57,727 bases of DNA from a virus (Duplodnaviria > Caudoviricetes), in IMG/VR virus record IMGVR_UViG_3300045120_000343, positions 1-57,727 of that record; one strand, written 5' to 3'. Of the stretch, positions 17,163 through 25,640 are shown piece by piece (position 1 is the stretch's first letter; the number at the start of each line of letters is the position of its first letter). The translations under genes and the position numbers were made by a program. Below the pieces are notes generated by a model. The model was not told where the DNA came from, ran no database searches, and worked only from the letters and a program-made list of their open reading frames with translations.

Positions 17163-18004
17163 GACACCGCTCCGAAGATCGGCGTAAAGATGCCTGTGCG
17201 CGGATCAACGTCGAAGTGGCAATCACCTATTTTGCCGGCTCCGAGTTCGCGAACTTTGCGCGACGCAACTTTTGCTCTGTCCTTTTCGTCACGAGAGACA
17301 ATCAATCCGTTGTCGCATTTGTTGAACCAGTTCATTGATCCTTCGATGTCGGCCAGGCTCACGGGACGAGGACCGCCATGCTCAAAGACTGCTTTCGTAG
17401 GATGAGCGACCATAATAACGATGACGTTCAACATTCGGCAGAATTGTTTGATCAGCATGAGGCTCTCGCCAATATGGTCGGTCATCAGCATATCTTTCGG
17501 CTTCGACCGCTCAAGCTCGTTCCACGGATCAATCATAACCAGCTCGACCTTATCCTCTTCCACTGCGACGACCGCTTGATCCAAAACCCAATCGAGAGTT
17601 TTTGGTGGATCGTTCATGCTCTGCGCAATTGCCGACTGCACGAAGATCTGCGATTGCGTGAAGTGATCAAACGCCGGTCTCGATCCCCACATCTTTTTCA
17701 TCTTGTCGAGCAAATAAGCTTCGTTCTCTGGCACGTAGAGAAAAGATTTCAGGCCGCGCTCCCGTGCTAAATTGCAAATGACGTTCAAGAGGAACGTCGA
17801 TTTCCCGTGTCCGGCGATTCCGGTCACAACAACGAATTGACTGAGGTAAAACTTGAATATCTGATCTAGCTCCCACCATCCCGTCCCGAAGGCTTGCTCC
17901 TCGATGCTTCCTCGCTGCGGCAAGTCGGCAAGTGCGTAGTAACCTGCCTGCCCATGTCGTCCGCGGTAGGAAGCGAGATCGATGACTTCGGGATCGTTTT
18001 CCAT
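17159..18004 (-). CDS. SF4 (DnaB/T7 gp4/Twinkle-like) replicative helicase, no primase domain
   Basis: VTGIAGHGKSTF, MIDPWNELE, VAHPTK, DIEGSMNWFNKCDNGLIV. Confidence 0.85.
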   Translation of the reverse strand: MENDPEVIDLASYRGRHGQAGYYALADLPQRGSIEEQAFGTGWWELDQIFKFYLSQFVVVTGIAGHGKSTFLLNVICNLARERGLKSFLYVPENEAYLLDKMKKMWGSRPAFDHFTQSQIFVQSAIAQSMNDPPKTLDWVLDQAVVAVEEDKVELVMIDPWNELERSKPKDMLMTDHIGESLMLIKQFCRMLNVIVIMVAHPTKAVFEHGGPRPVSLADIEGSMNWFNKCDNGLIVSRDEKDRAKVASRKVRELGAGKIGDCHFDVDPRTGIFTPIFGAVS

Positions 18005-18750
18005 CAGACCCAACCATCCCGACCTTGCGGCTTTGCGATCGGCAACTCGTCGGCCCATTGGCCTCGATTGAGCCAAGTTGCCGGATGGGGGATGAACTGC
18101 GGATCGCGCCATTGCGGCTTTTGCCGCTCGAGTGCCGCGAGGATCGTTTCGACGGAGGTTTCCTTGAGCGCCTTGTCGAACGCCTTGTGGGCGGCCTTCT
18201 TGCCGGCCTTGCGGGGGTAGGCACTCCAAAATTTATCAAATCGCTCATCGAGCCCGTTGGCCGATGAGCGAGAGTCTTTCTTTCTTTCTGTATCTGAGTC
18301 TGTATCTGTACGCGTTAGTAACGCGTTACTGCTCCGTTTCTCCCTGTAACGCTTTTGGCGCAGTGAGCTGGTCGGGTCTGTGTCGCTAACGAATTGATAT
18401 TTCTCCCAATTTACGATATGAAGCCGGTTTGATTTCGCGGCCTTGCCATTTGGCTCGATCATCTCCTCCTCGATCATTCCGTCGAGCATGGCTTGCACTT
18501 CTTGTTCACCGAGATCGAGTAGCGTTGCAATGTAACGCGCGTCACGCGTTACGTAACCCCAATGTGACGCGTTACCGGCATCCTCAAGGAGCGTTACCCA
18601 AACGGCCAGAACATCCGTAAGAAAAACAGCGCCATCGACGCGGTCTTCATGCACTGTACCGCCTCCCAAACCGGAGCGCGATGCGCGCGATGCAATGACC
18701 CTAAATTTGGCGCGCTCTGCCGTTCCGCGATACCATCGAAACCACTTCAT
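18004..18750 (-). CDS. Replication initiator (lambda O-like)
   Basis: N-terminal MKWFRWY, NWEKYQ...RQKRYRE, C-terminal FDKFWSAYPRKAGK and FIPHPATWLN; upstream of the helicase; contains iterons. Confidence 0.8.
   Translation of the reverse strand: MKWFRWYRGTAERAKFRVIASRASRSGLGGGTVHEDRVDGAVFLTDVLAVWVTLLEDAGNASHWGYVTRDARYIATLLDLGEQEVQAMLDGMIEEEMIEPNGKAAKSNRLHIVNWEKYQFVSDTDPTSSLRQKRYREKRSSNALLTRTDTDSDTERKKDSRSSANGLDERFDKFWSAYPRKAGKKAAHKAFDKALKETSVETILAALERQKPQWRDPQFIPHPATWLNRGQWADELPIAKPQGRDGWV
18274..18597. repeat. Putative replication origin iterons inside the initiator gene
   Basis: GTNACGCGTTAC at 18318, 18541 and 18564; half-sites at 18346, 18532 and 18591; adjacent TCTT/TGTATC AT-rich tract. 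Confidence 0.6.
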
Positions 18751-18916
18751 ACGTCCTCTCCCGTCTCCGGGAACATGCGCCGTCGCGCCTGCTCGCATAT
18801 GTCGAAATACTCGTCCATGAGGCGCTCGGCTTCCGCGCGTGACATGCGCCCGACGTGCTCCATGCCCATTGCGGAAAAGACTATGAGCCAAGCGGCTTGG
18901 CTCGAAATCGAAACGC

Positions 18917-19420
18917 TCATACGCTCAATCCTCGCGTCGGAATTGTATAGGCGATCCGGCAATGATATGCGCAGTAGGGAAGCGGGCTGACGGTCTCCGC
19001 GCCGCAGAAGAAGAAATCCGGATCGCCGACGTCGCCGAACGGGAAGCGGCAATGGTTGTGATCGAGCTGCAGGAGTGTCTTGCGGCCGACAATCGGGATG
19101 TGGCTGCAGTCCTGCTTACTGCCGTTGAACTTCAGCTCCGGCTCGGCAACTGGCGGCTTAACAGTCTTGAGCGCTTTCACCCTGTCATTGCTGAAGCTGT
19201 ACGTTCTGGCGCGAGGTCTTCGCGTTTTTGCTTCCGCTTCAGCCTTTGCTTTCATTGACCGATGCAGCCCGAGCCGATGAATTTTTCCGATAACGGCATT
19301 GCGCGTGATACCGAGTTCGGCGGCAATGTGACCACCTGAAATGCCATCAGCCCAACGGTTCTTCAGAACGTCAGTCCGTTCGTCCGTCCAAGTCAGCTTG
19401 GGACCGAAAAAGTCGCTCAT
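18917..19420 (-). CDS. gcrA: GcrA-family cell-cycle regulator
   Basis: WTDERTDVLKNRWADG.S...IAAELGITRNAVIGKIHRLGL and LLQL...CRFPFGD...FFFCG...PYCAYHCRIAY. Confidence 0.92.
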   Translation of the reverse strand: MSDFFGPKLTWTDERTDVLKNRWADGISGGHIAAELGITRNAVIGKIHRLGLHRSMKAKAEAEAKTRRPRARTYSFSNDRVKALKTVKPPVAEPELKFNGSKQDCSHIPIVGRKTLLQLDHNHCRFPFGDVGDPDFFFCGAETVSPLPYCAYHCRIAYTIPTRGLSV

Positions 19421-19684
19421 CGCTTTGGCTCCCCTGGCGCCGCGTCGGCACCAAGCGCAAAACCAAACGTAAATCCAGAGAAGAAACTCAGTGCACATAC
19501 TAACAACAGGACGACAGTCGTCATCGCTTTGGCTCCCTCATTGGGCAGTCGCATAGCCACCAACAAACGACGGAATGTTCACTGTGATGGTCGGGCATCG
19601 GCCGCGGGTCGTGAACCCAGCCGAGCCGCTCGTAGTCGAGCACGAGGGCGAACGGCACGTAGCGGAATTGGAGAGGGCGGGCTC

Positions 19685-20191
19685 TCACTTCCACCTCCGC
19701 AATAATTCCGAGAACGAAAGATCGCAGGCTTGATGGCTAAAAGTTTTAATATTGATGCTTCGACTAATTACCGCGTTTACAGAAACATAGTAAACTAATC
19801 GGCGTGCAAGCAAGACAAAGGCAAATGCGTCTATTTTTCCTTTATAGGAACTCAAAGCGCGGTGCCCATTATAACCTGTATATCCACCGGGACCGAAGTG
19901 AGTAGAATTTTGAGATGCTTTGACCTGGAAACGCCGCATTGTTCCAAAAATGTCAGAAATAATATCTGTATCCATTCCATCGAGTTCCGCAGAATCAAAT
20001 CCTCTTATCTTCAGATCGGCCAATGTCAGGAGGTGCCCAGCTGACCCTCGCCTCCCTTGACCTGAGTTAGTAGAAAACTCGTTTGATGGAACCAGTTCGC
20101 CAAATAAATCTATGGACACACCGTTCTCGTCCAATTCTGCTGAGAGTTCCGAATGTGTCACATTGCGAGCGAAAATATTGGTGGACGTCAT
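19685..20191 (-). CDS. PD-(D/E)XK endonuclease
   Basis: GSAG...L..RG, TDII, FQVKAS, IDAFAFV pattern; visibly AT-richer than flanks. Confidence 0.6.
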   Translation of the reverse strand: MTSTNIFARNVTHSELSAELDENGVSIDLFGELVPSNEFSTNSGQGRRGSAGHLLTLADLKIRGFDSAELDGMDTDIISDIFGTMRRFQVKASQNSTHFGPGGYTGYNGHRALSSYKGKIDAFAFVLLARRLVYYVSVNAVISRSINIKTFSHQACDLSFSELLRRWK

Positions 20192-20832
20192 TCGGCGGCC
20201 TCGATCTTTGGCCGGTCGAACGTGCCGACTTCATTGCCCCAGCATGTCCATCCGGGACGCCGCTGACGCGCGAAAAGTTCGAGATAGGGTCCAGCTACCA
20301 ATCGCTCGATCCGCTCGTGTACGCAGTCCGGCTTGCGGCTGTGCTCGCGGCGCGGCTCGATGATGGCTTGCTTGATTCCGGCATCGCGGCGCTTCGGATT
20401 GCCGCGGGTCGCCAAGAGACAAACTTCGGAATTTGAGCGCGTCCAATAGCCAAGCGTCATGTGCGGATTGATGTCGTCCCGGAACATGTCGATTTGCCCA
20501 GCGTGGGCTTTGACCCAGCAAAACCCGCATGTTTTGTATTGGAAGCCCCACGCTTCGATGGTCCGCATCGACCATTCGAGCACTGGCCAACACGTCCAAA
20601 GGAACAGCACGCAATCGTCAGCAGCCAAAGCTGCGATCGGCAATGCTGATAGCTCCTGTTCCTGCAAAACCTCATAGGCTGGTTCTGTGGATCTAGACGG
20701 ATAGGAGAATTTCTTTTTTGGCGACGGCAGCTTGCTTGATCGACCCGACCACCATGTCTGAAACGCCCACGGCGGATCGGCAAGAATCGCCCCAAAATGT
20801 CCGCGCGGCAGATCGGCAAACGGATCGCTCAC
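20188..20832 (-). CDS. MT-A70-family adenine methyltransferase
   Basis: ILADPPW, DCVLFLW, AWGFQYKT..F.WVK, GYWTRSNSE.CLLATRG, EHSRKPD, YLELFARQ, WGNE. Confidence 0.92.
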   Translation of the reverse strand: MSDPFADLPRGHFGAILADPPWAFQTWWSGRSSKLPSPKKKFSYPSRSTEPAYEVLQEQELSALPIAALAADDCVLFLWTCWPVLEWSMRTIEAWGFQYKTCGFCWVKAHAGQIDMFRDDINPHMTLGYWTRSNSEVCLLATRGNPKRRDAGIKQAIIEPRREHSRKPDCVHERIERLVAGPYLELFARQRRPGWTCWGNEVGTFDRPKIEAAE

Positions 20833-21425
20833 TGCGCCACTCCCGTGAGCAGCGGCTCGGGCCGCGTGGCGAGGCGCGGATTTATCTGACAGCTCGCCCA
20901 GAGAAAGATCCCAGCAGCGTCCGCCTCGTCGACCGACACGTTGTCTCCCCAGCCGAGGCCGCGGCATAACCGGACCATCATTTGCTTGGCGATTTTTCCA
21001 TCGAGGTTGCCGACGCCCAGGGCGTATTTTCTCCATGCCCCGATGTGCGCAAGCTTTATCGGAACACCGCGAGACCGAGCCGCTCCTCGGAATATCGCCG
21101 ACAGCCCCATCGCGATCAGCGTCGTGTCGAAGTTCGTGCTGCCGAATTTGTTGGACGGCGGGATCGGCGCCTCGATGGCGAGAAGCGTTGGCGGCCCGAA
21201 CGGCGTTTCCGTCGCAATGTCGAGCTGCCCGTCGAGCGCTCGATTGATCCAGGCCATCGCGCGGGCGAACACGTCTTCGGGACCGTCGAGCTCGCGCGAG
21301 AAATTCATCGTCACGAGGAGCGGCCGACCGCCCGGAACGCCAAGCGCGACGCCGGTTTTACGCGCTGGGTCCAGGGCAAGTATCACCGGGACCGATGGTC
21401 TCGGATTATCCAAGCCTTTCACCAT
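20829..21425 (-). CDS. RuvC-like Holliday junction resolvase
   Basis: ILALDPARKTGVA, AIEAP, DEADAAGI acidic motifs. Confidence 0.75.
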   Translation of the reverse strand: MVKGLDNPRPSVPVILALDPARKTGVALGVPGGRPLLVTMNFSRELDGPEDVFARAMAWINRALDGQLDIATETPFGPPTLLAIEAPIPPSNKFGSTNFDTTLIAMGLSAIFRGAARSRGVPIKLAHIGAWRKYALGVGNLDGKIAKQMMVRLCRGLGWGDNVSVDEADAAGIFLWASCQINPRLATRPEPLLTGVAQ

Positions 21426-21750
21426 CCCCGATCATCCCTCACCCAAATAAGTGCCGGGGTTTTCCCGTCCCGGCCCGGGGCTGCCGTCCGCCCGGCAGCG
21501 AGCCTACTAGCGCACTCCACTTTGCCCCACCCGAAGGTGCTTCGCGGGCATCGCTTCAACGTGCGCGTTCGCACGGGATCTATTTGGGCGGCCGGTGAGC
21601 TGTGCTCACGTCTGCGGATCTCTCGACCGCCCCTCTGATGTGGCCCATATCCAGGGCCGGGAATTTGGTTAACGGCGAACAGGAAAGCCACTCCGCTGAC
21701 CTTCCTGCCGCCTACCGCCAGCCGCGCGGGAGTCAACTGGCGTATGGAAT

Positions 21751-22188
21751 TTACGCTTGCGTTTGCGGCCCACGGCCGACCTTGTTCAGATCGTCGGGAT
21801 CGGTGTTGCGCAGATTGGTCGGACGAAAATCGCGTTCGTCATCGGCCGCGGGATCAGTTGCTTTGGGAGCGCCGGCCATCGCAGCCGCCTTGCCGAGCTC
21901 GCCGAGTGCGTCGACCAGCGTGTTGTATGCCGCCGCCTCGTCGATATCGAAGCCGGCGGGAATTTCATCTATCTTCTTCTCAAGTCGACGCTTCTTCACA
22001 AAGCCTTTGAATGATCGAACTGGGATGCCAGCATCTTTGACCTCGACGCAAATCTCGCGCTGGTCTCCTCGGAGTTCCCTGCATTCCTGTTTGACTTTGC
22101 CGAGTAGCGATTGAATCTCTTTCTCGATATTTTCGTGTCGCTCCAGATAACCGGCCGCTTTTCCTTCTAGAGAGTTTTTGGCGAGCAT
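21751..22188 (-). CDS. GapR/DUF2312-like nucleoid-associated protein
   Basis: [12 protein letters not shown]...[14 protein letters not shown]...KGFVKKRR...Y..ALG resembles the GapR fold. Confidence 0.6.
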   Translation of the reverse strand: MLAKNSLEGKAAGYLERHENIEKEIQSLLGKVKQECRELRGDQREICVEVKDAGIPVRSFKGFVKKRRLEKKIDEIPAGFDIDEAAAYNTLVDALGELGKAAAMAGAPKATDPAADDERDFRPTNLRNTDPDDLNKVGRGPQTQA

Positions 22189-22700
22189 GTTGATGCCTCC
22201 TTGGCGGTTTCGAGAGCGCGGATTTGCGCGTCGAACTCGGGATCTGTGGCGCGCATGCGCTCGATTTTGTGAACAGCATGGAGCACCGTCGTGTGGTCAC
22301 GGCCGCCGAAGCGTCGGCCAATGTCAGGCAAAGTGCGCAACGTCATCGTTTTCGCGAGATACATCGCGATCTGGCGCGGGAGCACGATGTTCGCAGTCCG
22401 GCGATGAGATAAGATATCGGCTCGTCTGAGTTTGTACCGCTTGGCCACGAGCCGCTGGATTTCCGTGACGAGCAACGGAAACTCCGCGAAGTCCCGTTGC
22501 GGGGTCGAGATTATGAGCCAATCGCGGTCATGCTCGGGCGGCTCTTCTGGCTCGACAATGTTGATGATAGGTTCCGCGAGAAAGGAGGGCGGGAGCGGAG
22601 CAGGAGAAGAAGGCTTCGGAACGCCGGTCAGGCGGGCGAGGCGAGCCTTTCGTTCAGCGTTCCGTGCGATGTCGGACTCCGTGGGCTCCAATAAACTCAT
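22167..22700 (-). CDS. Stand-alone DnaA C-terminal (domain IV) HTH protein
   Basis: [46 protein letters not shown]. Confidence 0.92.
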   Translation of the reverse strand: MSLLEPTESDIARNAERKARLARLTGVPKPSSPAPLPPSFLAEPIINIVEPEEPPEHDRDWLIISTPQRDFAEFPLLVTEIQRLVAKRYKLRRADILSHRRTANIVLPRQIAMYLAKTMTLRTLPDIGRRFGGRDHTTVLHAVHKIERMRATDPEFDAQIRALETAKEASTCSPKTL

Positions 22701-22713
22701 CGCCTACTCCTCC

Positions 22714-22893
22714 CTATTTAACGTAAGGGATTACGCGAACGCGCACGACGGTCTGACCATCGAAACAATCCCCTGCGACGTAGCGTTTTCGTTGCCGTTC
22801 ATAGACCCCTTTAATTGATCGCGTCTCGATATCCACTATCGCCCAACAACACATTGGCCGAGGTCTGAGTTTTTTGGATTTTCTCTTTGCCAT
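22714..22893 (-). CDS. Hypothetical 59-aa protein
   Basis: MAKRKSKKLRPRPMCCWAIVD...; fills the gap between neighbours; below the track cutoff. Confidence 0.45.
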   Translation of the reverse strand: MAKRKSKKLRPRPMCCWAIVDIETRSIKGVYERQRKRYVAGDCFDGQTVVRVRVIPYVK

Positions 22894-22899
22894 CAGCCC

Positions 22900-23298
22900 C
22901 TACTTCTCCCAAACATCCTGCGGAACATTACTCGTTCTCGGCGCACTCCCCACCAAAGCTTCAGCCTCGCGAACAGCAGCGTGATCAGGCCCGGCGATCC
23001 GTCTCGCGATTTCACGTTCATGGCTTAGACGCCGCTCTTGTCGCGCGCATTCTGCCTGATAGGCGGCGCACAATTTCAGGAACACGGTGTGACCGATGTC
23101 GCGAAGGCGACTACGCCGGTATCGAAGATTCCATTGAGTCCAGTAGTCGACGCCGTACTCGCGCTCGATTGAACGCATTGCGTTTTCAAGATCGCCGGGG
23201 CCGCGGGAACGCATTTGCGCCAGATCGCGAGACCAGCGGGCCGCTTGATCGACGACGTCCACGCTCGACATTTCGTCTGCCCAGAATTTCTTGCCCAC
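22900..23298 (-). CDS. CII-position putative transcriptional regulator
   Basis: RSRGPGDLENAMRSIEREYGVDYW..WNLRYR; located after cro; GTG start after GGAG (or ATG at 23271). Confidence 0.55.
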   Translation of the reverse strand: MGKKFWADEMSSVDVVDQAARWSRDLAQMRSRGPGDLENAMRSIEREYGVDYWTQWNLRYRRSRLRDIGHTVFLKLCAAYQAECARQERRLSHEREIARRIAGPDHAAVREAEALVGSAPRTSNVPQDVWEK

Positions 23299-23503
23299 TT
23301 GCAAACTCCATCGTGCCAAGTTCGTGCTCGGAACAAGGGAGTCTTAGAAAGCAGCGCGCGGTTCGACGTTGGGGCGCGTGAACGCCCCGATAGTCCTCAG
23401 ACAGAGACAGAAAGAGTTGAGGCTGCCCCGCGTGAGCTGGGGGGCTGGGACGACGGGACAGCCTCGCCGCTGCAGGTGTCGGGGGCAGCGGATGGGGAAG
23501 TCG

Positions 23504-23728
23504 TCATTCGGCCGCCTCGCGATGGGACGGCTTCATTTTCCAAAGATGCACCGACGCAGAAAGATTTTTGCGCTCAAGCGCCTGCGTCAGGGAAAGGAAG
23601 GTATTGGCGGGGAACTGATCGCGGCTGATCCAGTTTTGCGCCGCCGTGTAGCGGCTCCCCGTGATCTCAGCGACGGCGCTGATCCCGCCGAGCGCCTCGA
23701 ACACTTCGCGTGCGGTCCTTAGCTCCAT
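23504..23728 (-). CDS. Cro-like repressor
   Basis: VFEALGGISAVAEITG....AAQNWISRDQFP HTH; divergent from the repressor. Confidence 0.8.
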   Translation of the reverse strand: MELRTAREVFEALGGISAVAEITGSRYTAAQNWISRDQFPANTFLSLTQALERKNLSASVHLWKMKPSHREAAE

Positions 23729-23732
23729 GCTC

Positions 23733-23810
23733 AGTATATAATCCACGAATTTTGGAATTGTCAACTTCCAAATCCATGCAATCGGGAACCCACAAAATTT
23801 GGACTACCCT
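23733..23810. promoter_or_regulatory. OR-like switch: three TCCA-N7-TGGA operators and divergent promoters
   Basis: Operators at 23742-23756, 23773-23787 and 23789-23803; TTGACA on the minus strand at 23764-23759. Confidence 0.75.
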
Positions 23811-23817
23811 TTCTTCG

Positions 23818-24114
23818 ATGGAGAAAAGCCGCATCGTCGACTATCGGGCTTTGGGGAAGCGCCTGCGCCAGTTCAGGGAGGGCATCGGCCTCAGCATGGG
23901 CGAAATGGCCGTTGAACTCGAGGTCGGATATACGCAGTATCAAAACTGGGAAAGCGGAAAACCGATCCCGTTCGATCAGGTGATTAAAATCTGGCGGCGT
24001 TTTGGAGTGGATCCCAGGTGGCTCACGGACGGGTTCGGCGTACCGCCAGACGCAGTTCGAAAGCCAACCAGCGAGCCGTATAAGGCCGGCAAACGGCACC
24101 GTTTTCGGAGCTAG
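23818..24114 (+). CDS. CI-like Xre repressor lacking an S24 peptidase domain
   Basis: LGKRLRQFREGIGLSMGEMAVELEVGYTQYQNWESG...GVDPRWLTDG; only 98 aa. Confidence 0.8.
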   Translation: MEKSRIVDYRALGKRLRQFREGIGLSMGEMAVELEVGYTQYQNWESGKPIPFDQVIKIWRRFGVDPRWLTDGFGVPPDAVRKPTSEPYKAGKRHRFRS

Positions 24115-24458
24115 AGGCCGGCGTGCACCCATCCCGTGCAGATGGCGGGCTCGATGTGTTTGAGTCCCGCTTGGAGCGGACTCTCGATCATCCAGCCGAT
24201 TAGGAACATGACCAGGCAAGCTGTGGTGGCTGCCGGGACGGGCACGCTCGAAGCTTCGGGTCGCACCAGAGGCGGCAGCGAGCGGTGCATCTCGACAAGC
24301 ACTTGTCGTCCTCCTTCTTTCTCCCCCTGCGCCCAGCGGAAAAGGTTGTTTACGTTAGATAAAACAGCCTCTGCGTCACGCCTGTCGTCCGGCAGCAGCG
24401 TAGCTATATGGAGCGCCTCACGCGCAAGCTGTTGATTCAGCATTGATTTCCCCCTCAC
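24111..24458 (-). CDS. Hypothetical protein with a C-terminal hydrophobic segment
   Basis: Open frame convergent on the repressor. Confidence 0.45.
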   Translation of the reverse strand: MRGKSMLNQQLAREALHIATLLPDDRRDAEAVLSNVNNLFRWAQGEKEGGRQVLVEMHRSLPPLVRPEASSVPVPAATTACLVMFLIGWMIESPLQAGLKHIEPAICTGWVHAGL

Positions 24459-24535
24459 TGTTGATTTTTCTAAAATAGTTGCTCGCCACTATCCGTTCCG
24501 CTTGCGTTGCCGTCTTTTCACGAATTATTACAACT

Positions 24536-24588
24536 TCCAATTTTCTTGGAATTAATGGTTGACTATTCCACATTTTTTGGAGTAATGC
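24536..24588 (+). promoter_or_regulatory. OL/pL-like promoter with two TCCA-N7-TGGA operators
   Basis: TCCAATTTTCTTGGA at 24536-24550, TCCACATTTTTTGGA at 24567-24581, TTGACT at 24559-24564. Confidence 0.75.
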
Positions 24589-24740
24589 TGCTCCCGTCAT
24601 CCACGGGAGCGTCCATGTTTAGTCGCGGCGAGAGATCGGAGTCAGTTTGGCTGGGTTACGATCTGGCCATTAGAGCGGATAGGTCGCTTGCGATGAAGTC
24701 CGCCCAGTCGGTGGAAGGCCGACACATTTGTCCCGGAAAT

Positions 24741-25121
24741 TCAGCGCTTCGGTTTAGTCGGAACTGCCGTGGCGTTCGCCTGTTGCGCCCTGAACTCGGC
24801 GGCGCGGGCGGCGGCCTGGTCTTCCGGCACCGAGACATAACCCCTTTCGGCCATGCAGCCGCGACCCACGGCACCCATGGCGTTCTCGCGCTCGGCGCCT
24901 GTGATCGCGCAGTCCGCGATGCCCCGGCAATAGGTCGAGCCGGAAAGGTTCGCTTTCTGGGTCTCGCCGAAGCACGCGAGTTTATCGATCTCGAATTTCT
25001 GGGCGAATCCGGGATTTTCCTTCACCGACTGGCCGTCCAGCCGAAGCCATGTGGTTTTCGTTTGCTGAGCGCACGCCGCGATCGCGACCGTCAGCGCGGT
25101 CACTCCGAGCCATTTCCGCAT
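24741..25121 (-). CDS. Lipoprotein (possible superinfection exclusion)
   Basis: MRKWLGVTALTVAIAAC lipobox; CMAERGY motif; antisense to the early-left operon, next to the immunity region. Confidence 0.65.
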   Translation of the reverse strand: MRKWLGVTALTVAIAACAQQTKTTWLRLDGQSVKENPGFAQKFEIDKLACFGETQKANLSGSTYCRGIADCAITGAERENAMGAVGRGCMAERGYVSVPEDQAAARAAEFRAQQANATAVPTKPKR

Positions 25122-25189
25122 GATGCCCTCCCCGACAAGGGAGCGGACCTTACCACTCAACCGCCGCGTGAACAATGAGGGAGCCGCCG

Positions 25190-25471
25190 ATGTCGTTCGA
25201 GCCTATCGCCATTCCCGCAGGGCGCGTCGTGGAGAAGCTTGCGAGCCGGGACCGCGCCGATTACGAGGCGCGCCTCGCCGGTGCCAATCGGATCATCGCG
25301 GAACAGAATGCCGCGCTCGCGGTCGCGCATTGCGCATTGAAGCACGCCGGACTGCTCGGCACGAACGTCCGATCCGCGGCGCTCGCCATCATCGCCGAGG
25401 CCATCGCGTCCGGTCGCGCTCCGACGATGGAGGAGGTCGCCGAGGTCGTGCGGCCGAGGAGCAAACCATGA
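25190..25471 (+). CDS. Hypothetical protein
   Basis: GAGGGAG SD; start of the early-left operon. Confidence 0.55.
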   Translation: MSFEPIAIPAGRVVEKLASRDRADYEARLAGANRIIAEQNAALAVAHCALKHAGLLGTNVRSAALAIIAEAIASGRAPTMEEVAEVVRPRSKP

Positions 25472-25640
25472 TCGCCCGCGCCATCCAGATAACGCTCGCC
25501 GCAGCGCTCATCTGGCTCATCGCAGCGCCGCGTCCGCAAGCCGAAGTCCCGCACGAGCATTGGAATTATTTGACGTGCGATCAAACGTGGCAGCGATGCC
25601 AATTGAGTTAAGAACTGATGCGCCGAAAAGGATTAATCAA

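Noticed and set aside
21430-21750. tRNA gene
   Set aside because: No recognisable T-loop (GTTCRA) or cloverleaf spacing; kept only as a generic structured-RNA candidate.
24507-25178. 223-aa plus-strand ORF
   Set aside because: Overlaps the operator/promoter region and the better-supported antisense lipoprotein gene.
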